Below are positions 53,931 through 64,000 of a stretch of 64,000 nt of DNA, piece after piece. Under the pieces are notes generated by a model, which was given only the letters and a program-made list of their open reading frames with translations, was not told where the DNA came from and did no database searches. Numbering within the stretch: position 1 is the first letter of the stretch; the number at the start of each line of letters is the position of its first letter. The position numbers and the translations under genes are program-made. The stretch spans positions 69,874,001 to 69,938,000 of the forward strand of contig OX597830.1 in assembly GCA_951406725.2 (NCBI GenBank), written 5' to 3'. This DNA comes from Octopus vulgaris (Eukaryota).

Positions 53931-55474
53931 TTAGAGAAGCATTGATGACAATTGATGACTAACAAGATCTGGGAATGGAAGGCTTTCTCCAAGGAAAACA
54001 TAACCCATAAGATATACAGAAGAGCAGAGGCCCTAAAAATAGCTGGAGGCGGAATACTAAGGCAGGGCTAAAAAAGGGATTCGATTGGAGAGAAGCGGAA
54101 AAAAGAAGTCCAGAATTGAGAAGGGTGAAGAAAACTCGTAGAGAACGAAGGGCTAAAAAAAGAAAGAAAAAAAGAAAGTGAGTGAGTGAGTGAGGGAATG
54201 AGTGAATAAGTAAATAGTTAAATAAATAATAAAGTAATACAGGAAAAAAAATTCACTTAATTTCCCCTTGTTTGTGCAAAAGATCAAAGGACCGTTCGAT
54301 ATCGATCGTCGAAAGAAAGAATTGATAATTATCTATCAGAGCTTCAGAATAGATTGGCAAAGTACATTCCGATGGAGGTTTTTGATGACTGGGATCCAGT
54401 AACCGTTCTTATCGGTTATGGAAACTAGTGAAAGCCTGAACCCTTTTGTTACCATATTTCTGTTGAAATATGCTGCCTTCATTTCACTTTTGTATGGTGT
54501 GCTGAAATTTTTCAAGCACAAGATCCAAATATTGAATGAAGTACAAATGTTTCTACTATCGCAACAAATGCTTCTGGGTGTTCCCCAGAATGGTATAGAG
54601 AGCGAAAAATAGCTTCTTCTAAGGAAACAACTGTAGACTTGTTTTTTTTAAAAAGAAAGGTACAAGTTCGTCTACGAGTACTTGTGAATCGGCATCGTAT
54701 CTACAAATGATGGTGTACACGAATCTAATCTGTGATTCAGAAAATGGCTATTATAATAATATTTTTTATAAATAATCTCGATATTCTTTTTACTTGACAT
54801 AAAATATTCTTTACATTCTACTATTGTTTTATTACCATTTATTTACGAGTATTATAAATTTTATAGGTAAAATATTTTTCTGGGAACGAATTACAATTTA
54901 TAAACATCGCTGTTATGAAAAATTATTGCTCTGCTTTACGAGTTTTCGTTTTATGAACGTTCTCCAGGAGCAAACTAACTCGTATATCAAAGCATTACCG
55001 TGCTTGTGCATTATTTTATCGATCCTGAAAAGATGAAAGGTAAAGATGATCTCGGCGTGATTTTAACTCAGAACGTAAAAAGTGGAAAGAAATAACACCA
55101 GGCAATTGTCCCGACACCTCAACGTTGTTGCCTCTTCACACCCTCAATTTTCACTATAATAAAAAAGGATGTACGTGAAACTACTTCAAATTAAACTTCA
55201 CCCACCTTTGGATAATACCATGACTGAAGATTTAAGGTGGTCTCCACACCGATTCGACTTGCCTTCAAAGGGATGCGGATTAACAAAAGATTGAGAAGTA
55301 CACCTTAAGTATGTGAATTAACTTTTGAGAAAACGATAACCTGAAATTATTCTCCCGCTTAATGATTATCTCCCCTCTTTATGAGAATCAGTTACAATCT
55401 CTGTGAAAAAAAAAAAAATATATTTGCGACAGAGGCAGTATTAGTTAATACCGCGAGACAATATTTATCCCCAC

Positions 55475-56071
55475 AAAGGCGGCGAGCTGGCAGAAACATT
55501 AGCACGCCGGGCGAAATGCGTAGCCGTATTTCGTCTACCATTACGTTCTGAGTTCAAATTCCGCCGAGGTCGACTCTGCCTTTCATCCTTTCGGGGTCGA
55601 TTAAATAAGTACCAGTTACGCACTGGGGTCGATATAATCGACTTAATCCGTTTGTCTGTCCTTGTTTGTCCTCTCTGTGTTTAGCTCCTTGTGGGTAGTA
55701 AAGAAATAGGTATTTCGTCTGTCTTTACGTTCTGAGTTCAAATTCCGCCTAGGTCGACTTTGCCTTTCATCCTTTCAGGGTCGACCAATTAAGTACCAGT
55801 TGCGTACTGTGGTCGATCTAATCGACTGGCTCCCTCCCCCAAAATTTCGGGCCTTGTGCCTAGAGTAGAAAAAAGAATCGTTAGCATGCCGAGTAAAATA
55901 CTTAGCGGTAGTTCGTCTGTCTTTACGTTCTGAGTTCAAATTTCGCCGAGGTCGACATTGCCTTTCATCCTTTCGGGGTCGATCAATTAAGTACCAGTTG
56001 CGTACTTGGGTCGATGTAATTGACTGGCTCCCTCCCCCAAAATTTCGGGCCTTGTGTCTAGAGCAGAAAAG
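55475..56071 (+). mobile_element. SINE-B heterotrimer (B1 and two B2-tail units) inside one TSD
   Basis: TSD aatatttatcc(c/t)cac at 55460-55474 and 56072-56086; units at about 55477, 55710 and 55879. Confidence 0.9.
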
Positions 56072-56683
56072 AATATTTATCCTCACTTAAACGTGGATGT
56101 TCTTTTGGAACAAACCATACTGCGGTAGATACCTTGAGAAAACTATCATATTGGATTTCGGTGTACAATAAATATAAAGAAGAGTATATTTTGCACCAAA
56201 AAGCCAATATGAGAGTTTCTCTCGTGGTCTCTACTGTTCAGAAAGAGCATCCACGTTTAACTGGGAATCCCTGTGACGTTTTTGGTTTCTCGCATTTATA
56301 TTTGCTACAGTGTACGGCTTTAGATACATCGTCGATTAAGTTATTTAAAAGATTATATGACGGATTGATTCTCGTAGGAACAGACAGGAATCCTATTGAG
56401 AGTGCGAAGAGTGGTGGTGTAACAGTAATCTTCCATCCAACACCATGCTATGGGACCAGAATGTAAAGGCACGCACCTGTAATGAGGCCTCGGGAACCTT
56501 TTTAGTCAGAAGTGATCATTTTAAGATAAGTTGGTATTGTTTAGGTTCGGATAACAATTAGCGAGCAGATCTATGATCAAAGACATTCCAGCTGTGTCTA
56601 TCCCAACTGGTATGTTTTTTCTCCCAAACTACATTACCTGTTATCTTTATTTTCTTAAATACGGTTGTGTATATAGTTTAAAG

Positions 56684-56942
56684 TGGAGGCACGTGGTTTA
56701 GTGGTTAGGGTGTCAGCACCATGATCGTAAGATTGTGGTTTCGATTCCTGGACCAGACAACGCGTTGTGTTCTTAAGCAAAACACTTCATTTCACGTTGC
56801 TCCAGTCCACTCAGCTGGCAAAAGTGAGTAATACTGCGATGGACTGGCTTCCCGTCCAGCTGGGGAACACATACGCCATAGAAACCGGGAAACCGGGCCC
56901 ATAAGCCTGGCTAGGCTTTAAAAGGGCGCATTTATTTATTAT
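56684..56942 (+). mobile_element. SINE with D-type core and V-type tail
   Basis: TSD tatatagttt(a/g)aag at 56670-56683 and 56943-56956. Confidence 0.88.
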
Positions 56943-56954
56943 TATATAGTTTGA

Positions 56955-57210
56955 AGACGATTTGGCTGCTATTTTCTAGCGGGAAGATGGCGAGCGACCT
57001 GATTCTTAAGTAGATCTTTCACTTTCTTAAAGACGGTCTTGAGGGTGACTTGGCTGCTATTTTCCATCGGAAAGATGGTGAGCGACCGATTCTTGAGTAG
57101 CTCTTTCACTTTCTTAAAGATAGTCTTGTATGTAATTTGAAGGTGATTTGGCTGCTATTTCCAGCGGGAAGGTGGCGAGCGACCGCTTGTGAAGTAGCAC
57201 TTTCATTAGG
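56955..57210. repeat. Three tandem 85-95-bp units of an interspersed repeat end
   Basis: ttggctgctatttc....g.gaag.tgg.gagcgacc...gtag..ctttca repeated three times. Confidence 0.85.
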
Positions 57211-57469
57211 TTGAGTGACCTATTTGGTAGTGGTAGTGCTGATGGCGGTTGTGGTGATGATGTTCTTGGGGCGGTGTTGATCATAGTTTGAAGGACCAGA
57301 AATTGATGAATAAAAAAAAAAAGGAGGCAAAAAAAAAAAAACAACACAAAACTAAACAAAAAAACAAAGAAACGAAACAAAACAAAAGTTCATAAGACTA
57401 AAATATATACTCTACATAATAATTTCGTATCGATATACTTCTTCAAGTATGGTCCTTCTTCCTAGGGTA

Positions 57470-59390
<1,921 letters not shown>

Positions 59391-59411
59391 TCATACGTAC
59401 AGAAATCACAC

Positions 59412-59509
59412 CTGATAATTTACCAACTTCCATGAATATAAAGGCGGCGCTTTTCTTGAAATTAATGGAAGGGTTTCAGTTGTTCTAAGACCAGGAAACG
59501 AACGGACGT
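59412..59509 (-). other. Candidate short exon of an unidentified minus-strand transcript
   Basis: Very long T-rich tract ending tttttatcAG (59511-59510); donors TTG|gtaaat (59424) or CAG|gtgtga (59412); non-repetitive sequence. Confidence 0.35.
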
Positions 59510-60002
59510 CTGATAAAAACAACAACAAAAATACAAAAAAACAAAAAAAAACAAAACAAAAAGTAGAATATAAAAAAAAAAAACAGAATCCTCCTCCCGC
59601 CAAAAATAAAAAAAAACAAAAACAAAAATCGAATGACACTCAATATTAACCAAAAACAACAAGAATATGAAAGATAACATTAACACTAAAAGAGCTCTTA
59701 TTTCACCTCTGCTAAAAGTAAAAAAAAACAACAATAAAAAAACAAAACAGAAGACAAAGAAAAATAAAAAAACAGTAAACGCAACAAAACACAAAAATAA
59801 TATAAAAACCGAAAAAATTCAGAATACCAAAAAAAAACACCTCTGTATCTCCATACGAGAAGAGCAACAACAACGATGACGTCGGCGACAGAAATAATAA
59901 CAACAACAACAACAACAACTATTATTTCGCTATCACGAACAAAGTCTGGCATAAACATCTCCTGTTACTTTTCCGATACCTACCCGTTTGCCTACCCGAT
60001 TA

Positions 60003-60845
<843 letters not shown>

Positions 60846-60908
60846 ACATACATACATACATACACAAGTGATTATAAAACCCCCAAAATTTAGCACTCAA
60901 CACATTTG

Positions 60909-61116
60909 TTAGGCACAAGGTCCGAATTTTTTTGTGGGGAGGGGGCCAGTCGATTAGATCGACTCTAGTACGCAACTGGTACTTTATTTATCGACCCTGA
61001 AAGAATGAAAGGCAAAGTCGATCTCGGCGGAATTTGGACTCAGAACGTAACGGCAGACGAAATACTGCTAAGCATTTCGCCCGGCGTGTTAACATTTCAG
61101 CCAGCCCGCCCGCCTT
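60909..61116 (-). mobile_element. SINE-B (B2 tail)
   Basis: aggcacaagg.ccgaa...ccagtcgattagatcgac...gccagcccgcccgcctt. Confidence 0.88.
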
Positions 61117-61241
61117 AGGAGTTGCACATATTTAATAACAGTTTGACTCAGCTCTACATGTCGTGTGCGCATGGGACACGTGCATCTCATCGGATGCTAG
61201 GAGGTCTATGTGTTTGCCTCTCTGCCTGTCAGTCTGTTTGT

Positions 61242-61288
<47 letters not shown>

Positions 61289-61607
61289 TTTCTCTCCCTG
61301 TCTATCTATCTGTCTATTGGTATGTATATGTATGTCAGCTCACTTGTGAGGTCTCTCATGAGTGCTACGGGCAACGTGAAACTGGTACAGCCTATTGTAA
61401 GGTTGGGTCGTCGGCAACTAAACCGGCGCTCCTACCAGGCTTGCCTGCCGAGGAAGTTTGCTTGGAACCCAGCTGGGCTAAAAAAAAGTGCACGTCAACC
61501 GGACAGATGAATTCAGTGTAGAAATTCTAAGTTGGTGACCGGCGTGCTAGAAGACCATTGGGAGCAAGGTAAACCTCAGTTTTTGTTAAAGCATGTCTCT
61601 AGGAATA

Positions 61608-61927
61608 TGTGGAGGCCCAATGGCCCAGTGGTTAGGGCAGCGGACTCGCGGTCAGAGGATCGCGGTCTCAATTCCCAGACCGGGCGTTGTGTGTATTTAT
61701 TGAGCGAGAACACCTAAAGTTCCATGAGGCTCCGACAGGGGGTGGTGACGACCCTGTTGTACTCTTTTACCCAAATTTTCTCTCACTCTTTCTTCCTGTT
61801 TCTTGAGTAACGCTGCGATGGACTGACGTCCCGTCCAGCTGGGGGGAACACATACGCCATAGAAACCGGGAAACCGGGCTCATGAGCTTGGCTAGGCTTG
61901 AAAAGGGCGCATAAATAAAAAATAAAA
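61608..61927 (+). mobile_element. SINE-C with V-type tail, 15-bp TSD
   Basis: TSD atgtctctaggaata at 61593-61607 and 61928-61942. Confidence 0.93.
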
Positions 61928-62994
61928 ATGTCTCTAGGAATAAGTCATTCTGATATAAAATCGGATATGCAGGGAATGACATTGAACAATTTGTGGGTAT
62001 TTTGCTTGCGATTAAGGCGCTCCCACATTCCTAAGCCCGTGACCCGTATTGGAACTGGATATCTTGCCCTGGTTTGCTTCTGGAACATGTCAATAGACTG
62101 GAGTGGGTCTGTGAGGTATTATGCAAGCCTTAGTGCGTCTAAAAGTTTTTGAGACATTGCTTTGTCAGTGACGGTCATACTCATACCCAAGTCGACAGCC
62201 TTCACGTACGTATGCATGTATGTATGTATGTATGTATGTATGTATGTATGTATGTATGTATGTATGTATGCATGTATGTATGTCATTAGTCAGTTTTATT
62301 TCAAGATTTCATACCAATAGAGAGTCAGTTTCTAATCTAGATCCAAGACTCCTTCATTGGAATTTCAACATCAACAACAAGGTAATTTTGTATGTATGTA
62401 TGTATGTATGTATGTATGTATGTATGTATGTATGTATGTATGTATGTATGTATGTTTGTATGTATGTATGTATTGATGGATGTACGCATGTATGTTTGTA
62501 TGTATGTATTTATGTATGTATAGTCATAAACCGAGACAGATGAGTGACAACTTGGCCACTGGTAGTGGTGTAACACACCATACTAATCATATCTGTCGGG
62601 CATATGGAAGAGAGTGTAATTCGGCAGAAGGACTTAAATGACATGCAAAGGTACATGAAGCCCAGTTACAACTACAGCCGGCTATTACCGGTAAAGGTTT
62701 TAGTTGCCAATTTTGTACAAGACTTTGTAGATCTTTAGCTGGGCTAAAAAGTCACATTCGATCACAGCACCAGTAACAGTTAAGCTTCGTGCAATGGCTA
62801 TACTGGATAACGAGGGGGCAGCCATAATAATGTAATGTAATGTGTGTATGTATGTGTGTATGCATGTGTGTATGTATGTATGTATGTATGTATGTACGTA
62901 TGTATGTATGTATGTATGTATGTACGTACGTACGTACGTACATGTTCTCTTCTGATTTTAATTATTTAAATTTTTCATATGAGGAATGAGCTGG

Positions 62995-63260
62995 TTCGAA
63001 CTCAGAACGTAGCGGCAGACGAAATACCTATTTCTTTACTACCCACAAGGGGCTAAACACATAAAGGACAAACAAGGACAGACAAACGGATTAAGTCGAT
63101 TATATCGACCCCAGTGCGTAACTGATACTTATTTAATCAACCCCGAAAGGATGAAAGGCAAAGTCGACCTCGGCGGAATTAGAACTCAGAACGTAACGGC
63201 AGACGAAATACCGCTAAGCATTTCGTCCGGCGTGCTAACGATTCTGCAAGCTCACCGCCT
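62995..63260 (-). mobile_element. SINE-B plus a remnant of a second unit
   Basis: Full unit about 63028-63260 joined at gacgaaatac|ctatttc to a short fragment. Confidence 0.9.
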
Positions 63261-63453
63261 AACATATAATAATAATAATCCACATATAATAGCAAAGTAA
63301 TATCAATAATGAGATGATAATTTGTATATTATACTTGTATTATATTTCAGTAAATTTATCCCAGATAAGTCATATCCAGATTAATGTCTGGACAAAATTC
63401 CCACCGGACAACATTTACTTGATATCTAAGTAAATCAATAACGAACAGATATA

Positions 63454-64000
63454 TTGAGTTGTCCGGAAAGTTCGTGCCGATTTATAGTAGCTTACCTTTC
63501 GACTTATTTTAGAACATGGTTAAGTCCATAAAACAGGATTTGACTACACCTCTATTTAGAGCACAGTTTAAGCTATCTTTTCGTGGAAGAAGATCTATGT
63601 TCCTATAACCTGTGTTAAGTCTGTAACCCTTTAAAATGGAAGATAAGAAAGTTCATTTTTGGCACTTGATGCTTTGGGAACCAGACAAAAATTGCTGCAG
63701 CTCGGCTGGGATGTGTTACCCCACCCTTCATATTCACCAGATATTGCTCCTTTGGATTTCCACTTATTCAGGTCTTAATGAATAGTCTTAATGGCAAAAA
63801 TTTCAATTCCTTGGATGACGTAAAAAAAGATACCTTAATGAATTCTTTGCTATGAAACCACCGTAATTCTGGGAAGAGGGTATTTTCAAGTTAAAGGAAA
63901 GATGGAGACACATTGTGGAACAAAATGGTTCATATTTGGTAGATTAAAAATGTAATGGCAAGTATTTATTGACCTTTTTCTTTCCGTTAAAAATCGGCAC
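63454..64000 (+). mobile_element. Internally deleted mariner (DD34D-type) element, right TIR cut by the window edge
   Basis: TA followed by TIR ttgagttgtccggaaagttcgtgccgattt; [14 protein letters not shown] fused to [30 protein letters not shown]...GIFKLKERWRHIVEQNGSY; aaatcggcac at the end. Confidence 0.92.

Noticed and set aside
56134-56466. 110-aa ORF in non-repetitive sequence
   Set aside because: Non-ATG start, no recognisable homology or splice support

Overview
AT-rich, repeat-dominated eukaryotic DNA, most likely intronic or intergenic sequence from a coleoid cephalopod (Octopus). That assignment is an inference from the SINE families and the extreme microsatellite load. No intact host protein-coding gene is recognisable, and nearly all long ORFs are microsatellite artefacts. 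The window contains dozens of tRNA-derived SINEs built from interchangeable head and tail modules, and three stacked R4/Dong restriction-like-endonuclease retrotransposon 3' ends inside (ATT/ATC)n arrays. It also holds a decayed CR1/L2-group LINE whose 3' end matches the tail of the main SINE, three Penelope-like elements, several Tc1/mariner elements and MITEs, and Helitron pieces. The most notable signals are: (1) short fold-back elements, mostly within (TA)n tracts, carrying minimal hammerhead ribozymes; (2) SINE-B multimers sharing one fixed junction at independent loci; (3) combinatorial and chimeric SINE architecture. All calls were made by eye; SINE family letters A-D and tail names are my own working labels.
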